The translations under genes and the position numbers were made by a program. The notes below the pieces were generated by a model that saw only the letters and a list, made by a program, of their open reading frames with translations, searched no databases and was not told where the DNA came from. Of a DNA stretch of 64,000 nucleotides, positions 38,301-49,491 are shown in pieces. Source of the stretch: Paragordius varius (Eukaryota > Animalia > Nematomorpha). The stretch's first letter is position 1; each line of letters opens with the position of its first letter. Location of the stretch: the NCBI GenBank assembly GCA_964247055.1, contig OZ176053.1, forward strand, positions 11,966,001 to 12,030,000, in the 5' to 3' direction.

Positions 38301-41300
38301 CTTCCGAATATCTGTGTGCGGCCTCAAAAAATTTGGAAATCCATATAAAATATGCCCACAAAATCTTTGTACATATTTCTTACGCAATTATGAATGAGTC
38401 TATTTCATTGGTAACGATTAAAAAAATTGTTACATTGTGTTTGTATTTTACAGTCTTATTAATCGAAAAATTATGTGAATGCCCGTATTGGGGAACCGTG
38501 TGCTTTTTGAGTTAAAAATGCGGCCCGCGAAGGCATTCAGTTAGACACCCTTGTTTTAGTCAAATATCCTTTTTATTAAATATTTTTAAATCAAAAACAT
38601 TTTTATCAAAAAAAATTCATTTAGATATTTTTTCCGACAGTATTTTTATCAACAAACCTGACATATTTAAAAACTGTTGTGAAGCGTTCAGCAAATATTA
38701 ATGCTAACCATCGATAAAATAAAAAATCTCAAATTCCAAAAATATAACATTTAAAGAATAAGTCATTACTGGAATATATTGTCATTCAATAATTGTGTTT
38801 TTAATTAAATATCTCCATTGTATTGCGCTAATAATGGTTAAAAGTTGTTTATATTCCTGTTTTGATATTTATCATCAAAAATAAGACCGTTTTTATTGAC
38901 TGGGAAAATGTTTTTATTGATTGGGAATATGTTTCGATTGACTGGGAAAACGTTTCGATTGACTGGGAAAACGTTTCGATTGACTGGAAAAACGTTTCGA
39001 TTGACTGGAAAAACGTTTCGATTGACTGGGAAAACGTTTCGATTGACTGGGAAAACGTTTCGATTGATTGGGAAAATGTTTCGATTGACTGGGAAACGTT
39101 TATTTAGACTGGGAAATGGTATGTATATAAAAACTATTAAAACATTAACATAAATTTATTTATTTTTTTCAATAAAGAAAGTAAAAATATTGTTGTATTG
39201 TAGTATATATATATTTTGGATCATTTAAACTATTTTATAAAATATTTGTCAAATAAAAATATAAAATAGGTCCCATGGGTGATCGAGGAATCCAGGGATT
39301 TGTTGGAGCGCCCGGGATGAAAGGAGACCGCGGGCCGATTGGGCCCAAAGGTGATAAAGGTTTGCCTGGAGTGGAAGGGATCCCTGGACCACCTGGAAGA
39401 TCAGTAAATACGTTTTTTTTGGCAAAATAATTTTCTATTTTAAAAAGGTTGTTAATTCTTTTCCATCCAATGCTAAATAATATTTTAAACAAACGAATAT
39501 TTTGGAGAACAAAAATTTAATTGTCTTGTATTTTTAACCAAAATATATGCATTTCGATAAACGATGATATCTTTATCAATGAATAACAATAAAAAGACAA
39601 TATTAAGTTTTATTATTTCTTGTTAGTTTTATAATTTATTTATTTTTGTGTTAATTTAAAGTCATCAATAAATTTATAATTTTTTACTGATGTATTAAAT
39701 TATTTTGGTCTGACCAAAAGTTTAATTTACCATTTTTATTTTCCTATAATAAAAAAATAAAAGGGAGAACCGGGAAGACCTGGAACTCCTGGCGCGACTG
39801 GACCTGCCGGTCCTCCTGGAGCGGTCGGACCGCCAGGACCGCCTTCCTCACCTTTGGATCCAAGACAGTTACAACAGTTAAGAGGTCCGCCTGGACCACC
39901 GGTATTTTTTTTTCCATAAAAAAAATATTTTTTTTTCATTTCACGTTAATATGCATTTTTTTGGCCTTAACTACGAAGAACAACAATTTCATACATTATT
40001 CTATATTTTAATGATTCTATGATTTTTTAATTTTAAGCGAAATGAAATATTTATTTTATTTATCTTTTTTGATCATTAAGAAATAATTAACGCAGAATCG
40101 TGTTATTTTTAATTTAAATGATGTTCAATTGGTTTTAAAAAAATTAATTTTAACACAAAAACAATTTACATTTTACCAAAATGTAGTTCTTTAATATTTT
40201 GCTTGATATGCAATTAGGGTCCACCTGGACCGCCTGGGTCTCCAGCACCTATGCAACAACAAAGGCCAGGAAATCCATACCAACCAGTCTACAGTAAGTA
40301 TTTTTTTAACTTGAAATATATTAATTATTTTCTCTTGTAAATATACACTATATCGCAAAATATATCTATTTGCCGGTATAAAAAGCAGACAAAACGTTAC
40401 TAAAGACAATTTTTTTAATATAAAAATATAATTGTACTAACCCTAATTTCTCTTACATACACTATAATAGTACACTTTTAAAATATGTAATTGAGTGTGT
40501 GACCGCACCTCTATATTTTGCAACACAGCGATGATAAATATTGAACAAAACTAAGGTTTTTGGAAAAATATGGTTGCCTTTTGTATATAAATATTGTATT
40601 CTTCTGGTTTTTCCTGTATTATTTAAATTTTTATTGTGTTCATTGGTAAAGTGCAACAACAACAGGCAAGTCCGATGGCCGCATGTCCCCATGCGTGTCC
40701 AGCAGGACCGCCTGGTCCTCCAGGCCCACCTGGACAACCGCAACATACTTCTCAAACAGGTCCGGCTCAATCATCTCAAGGAATGACTAATAGTGGGGTA
40801 ACAGTGCTACGATCGCAAAGAGAGTTGGATAATTTGTATCCAAGGCTTAAAACTGGTACGTTATTTTGTCGAAATAGTTTAAAGCATAATAGATAAAATT
40901 GATTTTTTATTACTTGGTATGTTATAAGTTTTCTTGTGAGAAAACAAATTTGATGAAAGAGTTATCATGAATAATTAGGTATGATACTGTAAGAAAAGTT
41001 TATATAAATAATTTTTTTTAAAACTCAAACCATATATAAATTTAAATAGGTTCCCTAGTTTACATTCTTGAACAACCGAAAGAATCGTTGGTTATACGAA
41101 CGGATTGGGGTTGGAGAGAGATAGCACTTGGCCCACTTATTCCACCACCCTCGGCATCTGCTTACGATCCTCGAATAGCGATTCAATCTTCTCAACAGCA
41201 GCAAGCACAACAACATCGTGCCCAAGCCCAACAAATGCCTTCTCAGTCTCAAAGCGATGCACGTAGACCGCCGAATCCCATTAATACAGGGAATCAAGAT

Positions 41301-43880
41301 CCCCAACAACAAAGTAGATTGGAAATGGAGAGAAGGAGGTATTTGTAATTAAAAATACTTTTATGCATGATATTATTTATTTAAAAATATTCTGTTGATA
41401 CGGTTGAAATCCTATTGGTTTCAATTAGGATTAAGACAATGTTGACTTAATAAAATTAAGAAAGTTGCAAAGTATACGGGTACTAGATACTAGTATTTAC
41501 TAAATAGTTTGATCAAAAATAAAGGGAATTGATCTAAATAAAAATTGGATATTTGTGGAATAAACATAAAAGTTATCGCTAGTAGTCTTTTATAATCTTA
41601 AAAATTGATACATCTAACCTCAAAGTTTTAAGAATATATACCATTTACAATTCAAATTTCCGCTTAAACAATTCAAATTTCCCCTTAAACAATTCAAATT
41701 CATCCTTGAACAATTCAATTTCACCCTTGAACAATTCAAATTCACCCTTGAACAATTCAAATTCACCCTCGAACAATTCAAATTCACCCTCAAATAAAAT
41801 ATATGTTTTTAAGATTAAAAATTACCTATATTTTATATATTTTTTAAAAATAATTATTTTGTTCTAAAGTAAAATAATACTAAAAAAATAATAAACTATA
41901 CCAGAAACATATATTTCATATTAATAATCAGCTATATTAGTTCGAAAACACATAATTTATTTTTAGGGTGAATTCGAATTGTTCAAAGGTGAATTTGAAT
42001 TGTTCAAGGGTGAATTTGAATTGTTCAAGGGTGAATTTGAATTGTTCAAGGGTATTAAATTGTTCAAAGGTGAATTTGAACTCTAAATGGTATATTTATG
42101 TATTTGATAAAGGCAACATCAGCAACAACAAGAAGAAATGCGTCGGCGTCAATCATTACCAGGATCAGCTGGGCGGCCGACCCAGGGACGAAATGAACAG
42201 CAAGATCCCCGTAGGCGACAAAGCATGCCTGCATTGAATATGCAAAATGTACCAATTAGTCCAAATATTAAACCCATTGGCGGAAATCGAATCGAACAAC
42301 AAAATCCCCCCAGACCTCTTCATCAACGTAAAGTGGGTGGTGTACACAGTTTAAGGGCTAACCCAGTCCCAATCCATTCAATGGTGTACGATGGGCATGG
42401 ACAACATCATAGGGGAACTCAACATAGGTTTGAAAAGTAAATTTCCCTACGTTTGAGCTTAATGCTAACATTTTAACCGATATTTTTCCTTTCAAATTCA
42501 TGGCTTTACATTTAAGTTCATGGTAAACTATAATAAATTTTTGAAGTTTATTCTAAATTTAAAGTATATTTTATTTAAAAAATAGGTATTTGATTAACCC
42601 CTACCATCATTCTTCTCAACATAAATTTCCGCACAACTTTTTACGGGATTATCGGTATTCCGTCGACAATAGACTTGTAAAGATGGAGGAAGAGAATGAC
42701 CCGAAAAAATCCAAGGTATAATATAAATCTATTATATATTGTTTCATATATATTTTTGATCTAACAATAACTGCATATCCTTGAATTCTTAAGCATTTAC
42801 AGTCAAAAATCAGCAGTTTGCATAGTAACGTGTACAAAAGCTATGATAAATATAAAAATTAAATCATTGTACATATAAAGGATATGGCTTAAAATAGTTT
42901 TTAATTTATGATAAAATTAAAATATTAAATATATGAGTACACATGGTTAACACATGTGTTTAACACATATCCAATATTTGACTGTTTTTAAAAGGGATTA
43001 CGGTCATGGTTATACATTTCTGAACTAAAACTCTAGTTTTACAAACGGACAATTATATATTAATTTTAATAAATGTGCACAGATACGTTTAGTTGCTTTA
43101 AATCGACCGTTTGAGGGCCGCATTTCTGGTGTTCTCGTCGCAAATCATTTATGCAACAAAGAAGGTCTTAAACTAAGTCCTAAAGGAACGTTTCGCGCTT
43201 TGCTTACGGACATTGGGAGAGATTTGAAGAATATTGTGCTAGATAGATATTGGAAGAGTTCTGTAGTCAATTTAAACGTAACCAATCAACAATATTTTAT
43301 TTTAAAAAAGATGCTGTACAAAATCTAATTCAATATTTACAAACAATATTCTTAAATAGGGGGAGGAACTGTTCGAAAGTTGGAAAGCCATGTTCGATAA
43401 CAGTCAATCTTGGCCGAATGAGTTTAAATTATTTTCTTTTGATGGGAAAAACGTTTTGGAAGAAGAACATATTTGGTAAGTAGCTTATAACACGGTGCTC
43501 AGCACAAATAAATGTTAATGAATAATATATCATTCGATAGATAAAAATTTCAGGATAATGAATATCGAAATGAGATATGCGATAATTATTTAAAAAAATG
43601 ATTTAAATATTTCTGTTATTAGCCAAAATCAAAACATCACATTTTTATCACACATTAGGTCAAATAAAATTTAATAAAATGAATAAAAACGTGTCAACTA
43701 AATTTTATTTGTGTTAATGTAGAAGGATATTTTTAAAGGCAAAATATTATCAACAAAGATTCTTAAACTTTTTCGGATGGTCCCAGAAAAATTTATTAAA
43801 ATATAAGCTATTTAGCGTATTAATCGTAAAATATTATTAATGCGGTAAATGATTTTTGTTTTATTAGAAATATTATATTA

Positions 43881-43924
<44 letters not shown>

Positions 43925-46900
43925 TAATCCAGTATATCGCCTTCAAAAAAATTTAAGCCTAATATAAAAAATTTTTTTCGATAATCTGCACCAAAGCGGA
44001 AGCTGCGTAAAATTTTTACAAACATTCATTATATATTGTAAATATCTCTTCCATATAATTCGATACAGAAAAAGGATAAATTTTTTTATTTGGAGAGTTT
44101 ATGCCATAAAGCCGGATTAAAAGCTAAAATGGCGCCAAAAATATATAATCAAATTTTCGAGTAATGTAATTTTCTAAATCTAAAATCTGAGATAATGCAT
44201 CTTTTTTTCTGAATCGAAATGTAAGAAAAAGTATCTGTAATAAATATTTTGGATATTTTTTAAAAATTATGCTAAACATCTGCTTTGATACAAATTATCA
44301 AAAAAATTTCTTTTTTATATAAGGCTTAATTTTTTGAAGGCGATATATTGGGTAATCTCTATATATAAGTTAATTTATGATTGTTTTAAGAAAAATTAAA
44401 CTCTTTCGCATAATATGTTTTTTTTTGAATTAAATTTGATGCCAAAGTGCGATTTTCAGCTTATATTCTTGTAAATTTTTCTGGGACCCTCCAAAAACGT
44501 TTAACATCTATGTTGATATGCGTTTAAAATTATCCTTATGCTACATTAACATAAATAAATAGTTGACACATTTTTATATATATTGTTTTAATTTTATTTG
44601 ACCTAATGTGCAATAAAAATGCGATGTTTTATTGGCTAATAACAGAAATAATTCAATAACATTTTTTCTAATATTTTAACCGCATATATTCAATATCAGT
44701 TAGCTATCGCTTGATATATAATTTATTAACCTTTATTTTTTGGTCAATTATATAGATATTAGTATCCCTGAAGAAATATTTTATAAGCAATATCTAAATG
44801 TTCGGCATAAGTTATTGAAAATGCATAAAAATGTTGTTTTACATAAGTATTAAAATTCAAAATGATATATTTCCATTTGTCATGTTACCATTTTAATAAA
44901 TTGTATAATCTATTTATGTTTATTAAGGCCAGAAAAAGTGATATGGCATGGTGCGAATTCCGACGGCACAGTGGATTTGAATTCCACTTGTAATGGATGG
45001 ACAACATCACATGGTATTCAATATAATTTTTTGTGAATATAATAATTAAGTAAAAAAGCTCTCGTAAATATATAAATCAGTGATACTCAAACCGCGGCCC
45101 GCGGGCCGCATGCGGCCCTAAGTGTGCTTTAAAAATGCACTATGACTGATATTTAATTTTTTTTAAATAACATTTATTTTTTACCCAATTTGAAATGTAG
45201 AAAAATTTTCTACATTAAAATGATTTTAAAATTTATGATTTATGGGCAAACGTTGTTTCTTCTTCTTTTCTTTTTGAAATTTTTATTGCATTTCTTTTTT
45301 GTTTTCACCCATTGCACATACATTTCATTGCTATCCTGCATCATTTTTAAAACTCATTCTCATAAAATATTTTCAACTCAATATCATTAAATTTCGACTT
45401 GTTTTTTATAGCATAATTCAATTTATATTCCTATCTTTTTTACATAATATTTAAACATGAATTCAAAGGATGACATTTAATGCCAAAAAACGTAAATTAT
45501 CCGATGAAAATCGCTCCTTTAAAAAAGAATGGGAAACTAATTTTTTTGTCGTTTTAAATAACAATGTTGCTACCTTCCTTATATGCAAGGACAATATAAT
45601 TATAAAAAAATTCAATATTGAAAGACATTTTAAAATCCATCATTCTCATAAATTACCAGAAAATCTTGAGGAAAGAAATGAAAAATATAAAAATTTTAAG
45701 GAATTATACGAGAAAGAAAAATCTATTATGGCCATAGCTTTTCCCAGGAAAAAGCTGTAACATTAGATTCGTATGAAATATGCTATATTTTAGGAAAAAA
45801 TATGAAACCGTTTACTGATTCTCAACTAATAAAAGAATGTTTAAAAAATGGTTGCACTTTTTTATTTGATAAATTCCATAATAAAGATCAAATCATGAGG
45901 CAAATTAAAAAACTTCAACTTTCTGATTCAACATGTGCTCGACGCATTGAAGATATGTCTAAATATATTTTTAACAATACATTATTGGCTCTGAAAAATT
46001 GCAAATACTTCAGTATTGCAATCGATTCTAGCACTGATATAAGTTCAACACCTCAATGTGCGATCTTCGTGAGATTTTGCAACGACAACATAATCAACGA
46101 GGAATATTTGAAATTTTTATTAATGAATAATACCACAAAAGGCAGTGATTTTCTTGAAGTAATTAGCACCTTTTTCGATAATAATGGTATATCTATGAAA
46201 AAATTGGTTTCGATCTGCACAGATGGCTGTCCCTCTATGATTGGAATAAACAAAGGGTTTATTTCTCTTTTAAAAAACAAATATAATTTGCAAAATCTAT
46301 TATCCTTTCACTGCTTTATTCATCAGCAAAACTTGGTTTCGCGTGTAAAAGATGAATCACTAAATTTAGTAATTAAAACGGTTGTGGATATAGTTAACTA
46401 CATCCGTGGCAGAGAATTCAATCACCGTAAATTCAAAAACCTTCTGAAAGATATCCACAGTGAGTTTGATGATATTCTTTTGTACACCGCTGTGAGATGG
46501 CTAAGCCTTAGCAAAGTATTGAATAGATTTTTTGATTTAAGACATGAAATTCTATTATTTATAAAAGATAACAGAAAGTTTGACGAGGAAATTAATAGTG
46601 ACAAATGGTGGGTTTTATTAGCCTACCTTTGCGACATTACTTATAAACTTAGTACTTTTAATACAAGTCTTCAAGGGAACAAAATAATAACCCAATTTGC
46701 TAATCATATATTTGCTTTTGAAGAAAAATTAATAATATATAAACAAGATTTTATAGATAAAACACTCCTACATTTTCCAACACTCAAAACGATTCATAAA
46801 GAAAATATGGAATTTACCGCGGATATTAATTTAATAATAGACAATCATTTAACATTTTTATCTAATGAAATGAAATTCAGATTTCAAGAATTAAAAAATA

Positions 46901-48131
46901 TAAAAAATTGCTTAAAGCTAGTGGAAAATCCATGGCATATGGATATATCCAACATTAAGCAACTTGAGCTTTTCGGTTTTGATCAGGCGGTTATCAATGA
47001 AGAATTCGTTGATTTTAAAAATGATTCCAATTTGGAAGCTATATTTAAGGAAAACCGTAGAGAAGAAAGATATATAGAGTTTTGGCAAGTTGTGCCAAAT
47101 AAATATGAAAATATAAAAAAATGTGCTCAAGTTGTCTTAACTATTTTTCCATCAACTTACACATGTGAGACGGCATATTTAAAAATGAAGTATATTAAGA
47201 ATACTTACAGAAATCGCTTAACTAATGATCATATGGACGACGTATTAAGAATGGCCTGCCATGAGGCGGAACCAAATTTGTCAAAAATTATTGGTTAATA
47301 TTAAAATAAATGTTGTTATCAATATATTTTAATTTTTAAAACTAAATGGTACAAAACGAATTTTTAGCTGGATTTACATGCGACCCGCAAAAAATTTATT
47401 GTGCTGATTTAGAGTATAAATATGTGCGTTGTCAAATAGCTATGGAATATTTGCCATTATAAGGTTCATGGCCCTCGAAAAAAAAATATGTTTTATTTGG
47501 CCCGTCAAATTTTTTTGGTGAGTACCACTGATATAAATCTTCCCTGATAATTATATTGACTCTTTGAAAATTTTAAATGGATTATATATAATCATTTTTT
47601 ACCTAAAAACTAATAAAATTCAACAAATGAATTTCAAAGTGTGCAAACTTAATTTTAAAGAACTAAAAATTTAAACTATTTTTAAATTATAAAAATATTT
47701 ATTATAAGTCATTTAATTATTTATATACAAGTTTATACATATTTTCCGCATTATAAGTAAAAATGCATCGCTAGTTCTCATTAAGTATTGCAAGTAGCAC
47801 AGGAAAGAGCGATAATATGGGTTAAAGGCAATAAACTAAGAAATACATTTTTAACAGCTTTAAGAGTTTTGGGCTTTCTGACAGTATATTGAATGGAAAA
47901 AAACTTGCTTTCTAACAATAATTTAAATATAATATATTTTGTTCTTTTGTTATAGATGCCCATTTCGGCAAAGCCTCTTACATTGGGTCTCAATCGACGT
48001 CACCACGTTTAAAAAACGTTGATAGAAAAGCATTACCCGTTTTTGATGAACAAATGTTGTCATGTGATCGATTAAACATTGTGCTGTGTATAGAAGTGGT
48101 TGATCCCGACGATTATAGAAAATCTCATTAA
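20005..48131 (+). CDS. Multiplexin (collagen XV/XVIII-like) with a large Thr-rich mucin-like repeat region, 49 exons, ~1867 aa
   Basis: Exon 1 20005-20179 (signal peptide [24 protein letters not shown]); TSPN/LamG-like exons 20349-20844, 24071-24542, 24636-24743 (HVTSYVNC...GIIQNLWIG...EQC); 25023-25089, 25357-25419; 25 Thr-rich exons 25959-35658; 35738-35784, 35829-35867; interrupted Gly-X-Y exons 35949-36002, 36329-36415, 36800-36970, 37325-37435, 37616-37715, 39270-39403, 39764-39901, 40218-40293, 40652-40855; trimerisation domain [48 protein letters not shown] (40795-41130); hinge exons 41050-41338, 42113-42427, 42586-42715; endostatin exons 43083-43277 (IRLVALN...GTFRALL), 43360-43475 (LFESW...[10 protein letters not shown]), 44928-45013 (WPEKVIWHG), 47956-48131 ([12 protein letters not shown]). 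Summed exons 5604 nt, frame consistent. Confidence 0.92.
21410..22855. mobile_element. CAGT/TA MITE interrupted by a nested insertion
   Basis: Left end TA|CAGAAAAATTGAGATTATACGGACAAAAC, right end ATTTTGTCATATTAGTCAAATTTAACTG|TA; both match the 3541/33965 family. Confidence 0.7.
21519..22736. mobile_element. Non-autonomous DNA element with CAGGGCTTGGAACC TIRs and GAACCGGTTC subterminal motifs (hAT-like)
   Basis: Perfect TIRs CAGGGCTTGGAACC / GGTTCCAAGCCCTG; AAAATAT directly repeated at both flanks; many GAACCGGTT motifs. Related element at 9060-9431. Confidence 0.75.
28727..29025. mobile_element. Foldback MITE family A, degenerate copy
   Basis: Begins CCATTTACAATTCAAAT, ends CAAGGGTGAATTTGGGTATAAATGG; multiplexin intron. 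Confidence 0.65.
32006..32291. mobile_element. CAGT/TA MITE copy
   Basis: Inverted termini with TACGGACAAAAC / TTTTGTCCGTA cores shared with 3541 and 33965 copies. Confidence 0.72.
32351..32714. mobile_element. Foldback MITE family A
   Basis: CCATTTACA...TGTAAATGG termini; about 5 inverted 21-bp units per arm. Confidence 0.88.
33570..33829. mobile_element. Foldback MITE family A
   Basis: TATA|CCATTTACAG ... AAGTGG|TATA; 21-bp units in both arms. Confidence 0.8.
33965..34246. mobile_element. CAGT/TA MITE copy
   Basis: TA|CAGTAAACATTGAGTACGGACAAAACG ... TTGTCCGTATAGTTTCAATTTTTACTG|TA. Confidence 0.8.
34710..35066. mobile_element. Foldback MITE family A
   Basis: TATA|CCATTTACAA ... GAATGG|TATA; part of a duplicated exon-intron unit. 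Confidence 0.82.
35267..35571. mobile_element. Foldback MITE family A (paralogous position to the 34710 copy)
   Basis: Same left flank (AGCTGCCCA..AAATTAAATCTAAATATATA) and similar internal sequence as 34710-35066; ends TGTAAATGG. Confidence 0.8.
37804..39119. mobile_element. Foldback element family B, 1.3 kb, long inverted arms with 21-bp repeat ATTGACTGGGAAAACGTTTCG
   Basis: Termini CCATTTCCCAGTCTAAATAAACG / CGTTTATTTAGACTGGGAAATGG flanked by TA; arms ~37804-38150 and ~38700-39119 are reverse complements; about 6 repeat units left and 10 right (source of spurious ORFs 38862 and 38896). Confidence 0.88.
38270..38553 (-). mobile_element. Fragment of a Buster-type hAT MITE nested in the family B foldback
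   Basis: Ends GCGGCCCGCGAAGGCATTCAGTTAGACACCCTTG, the reverse complement of a terminus like the left end of the 18612 element; opposite end not found. Confidence 0.55.
41641..42090. mobile_element. Foldback MITE family A, most regular copy
   Basis: TATA|CCATTTACAA ... CTAAATGG|TATA; 6-7 units of GGGTGAATTTGAATTGTTCAA per arm (source of spurious ORF 41968-42237 NCSRVNL repeats). Confidence 0.9.
43595..44660. mobile_element. Nested palindromic MITEs in the intron between endostatin exons
   Basis: Outer inverted arms ~43595-43830 and ~44440-44660 (TTCTGTTATTAGCCAA...TTAGGTCAAATAAAAT vs ATTTTATTTGACCTAA...TTGGCTAATAACAGAA); inner element ~43922-44362 with inverted ends ATATCGCCTTCAAAAAA / TTTTTTGAAGGCGATAT, next to a (TA)n tract. 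Confidence 0.72.
45078..47530 (+). mobile_element. hAT DNA transposon, Buster/SPIN (GTF2IRD2-like) type, near full length, in a multiplexin intron
   Basis: TIRs CAGTGATACTCA (45078) / TGAGTACCACTG (ends 47530; 1 mismatch); perfect 8-bp TSD ATATAAAT on both sides (45070-45077, 47531-47538); subterminal GCGGCCCGCGGGCCGC motif; transposase in ORFs 45470-45760 and 45802-47298. Confidence 0.95.
45470..47298 (+). pseudogene. hAT transposase (GTF2IRD2/Buster-like) with one frameshift near 45740
   Basis: N-terminal NLS and BED-like part ([19 protein letters not shown]...NIERHF) in one frame; the next frame continues [78 protein letters not shown]. Putative DDE residues present; only one break seen. 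Confidence 0.9.
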
Positions 48132-48925
48132 TTATTACTGTTTAACACTATTTAAACATTTGCGATATTTGAAAACATCTTAACAAGGGAACAAACAATT
48201 TGATCTATGCATTCTGATAATTCATATATATATATATAAATATTTATAGATTACTTTATTTTTTTATTACGTTAGTACGTGATGAATGTATATCATTTAG
48301 CATTAGGGTTTAATTCGTATAATTTTGTAATAATTATAGTTGAGATATATAGTTACCCCATGATATAATGCATTTTAGATATAATATGTTTTAGATTATA
48401 ACAATTTATTAAAATAAATTTTTTAACAATGTACGGTCGATTTGAAATATGGCTTAACTTTTTCTATATATTGAATCTCGTAATTTTTAAAAAATCAAAA
48501 AGTTAAAACACTTATATATTTGTATGAGCTGAGCTCACTGATAAATTAGGTGAAAATTTGGAGAAAATTTTATTGCCATTGTAGTTAATTAAAAAATCTT
48601 TTACATCATTTATGCTATCCAAATCCGGTAGACACAATACTCGGTACACCATAACAAAAGATCTTTTTAACATGGAAATGCCCAAATCCTGAAACGCTGA
48701 AAACATATATAAAATTATCGTATTAGCTTAAATTTTTCTATTTAAGTGCATGGATCTTGGAGAAATTGATATTTTATTACTCTGAATAAAAAAAGTTTGA
48801 TAATGATTTTTGATTCAAAAAATTGTTTATAAATTAATTAACTAATTAAAAATAGGAAACATTAATTATAATTGTAAATGTGCCGTATACAATATCATCA
48901 AAAAAATCAATATGCATAATTAAAA

Positions 48926-48973
<48 letters not shown>

Positions 48974-49491
48974 CCAAAGGTCAGCATTGTTTTAGAATCT
49001 TATTAGAATATCATAATAATTTATTTTAATTTATTCAACCAAATTTTGGTTACCTAACTAAAAATTTAAATCCATATAATATATTGTATGGTGCGCCTAT
49101 TCATTTACACTTTAGAAAAAGATGATTTTGTACTGCTGGAAATTTTGGAAAGCCATTAATCCTTTTTCTACCTGTCCTTTGTAATTTTATTCGAAATTAA
49201 TTAAAAAAGTGTTGATAATTATTTAATACTACAGCAAACATTGTTTAAATAATTATTTTACAAATCATCTTTTCACTTGGTTAAAAAATTATGTTATATA
49301 ATTTCCTCCGTTTCCGTTAACCTTCTTTTTTGGCTGATAAGGTCTCAACAGTGTAACTGCTTCGCATTTTCACCGTTTTATTTCTAATAAATATTAAACA
49401 TTTCTAAAAATCGTAATACATTTCAAAAATCACATCATTTATCAATACCCTAAAACCTTAAATTTAAAATTCATTTTTTTGCAATAATAGG

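Noticed and set aside
38862-39153. ORFs with IDWENVS / RLTGKTF heptad repeats
   Set aside because: Translations of the 21-bp subterminal repeat of foldback family B; the inverted copy lies at 37804-37950.
41385-41495. Possible Helitron 3-prime end (hairpin then CTAG|T)
   Set aside because: Hairpin spacing is atypical, and no 5-prime end or second copy was seen.
41968-42112. ORF with NCSRVNL repeats
   Set aside because: Right arm of a family A foldback MITE; the real exon starts at 42113.
48512-48706. 64-aa minus-strand ORF between multiplexin and the GPCR
   Set aside because: No recognisable motif or supporting exons.
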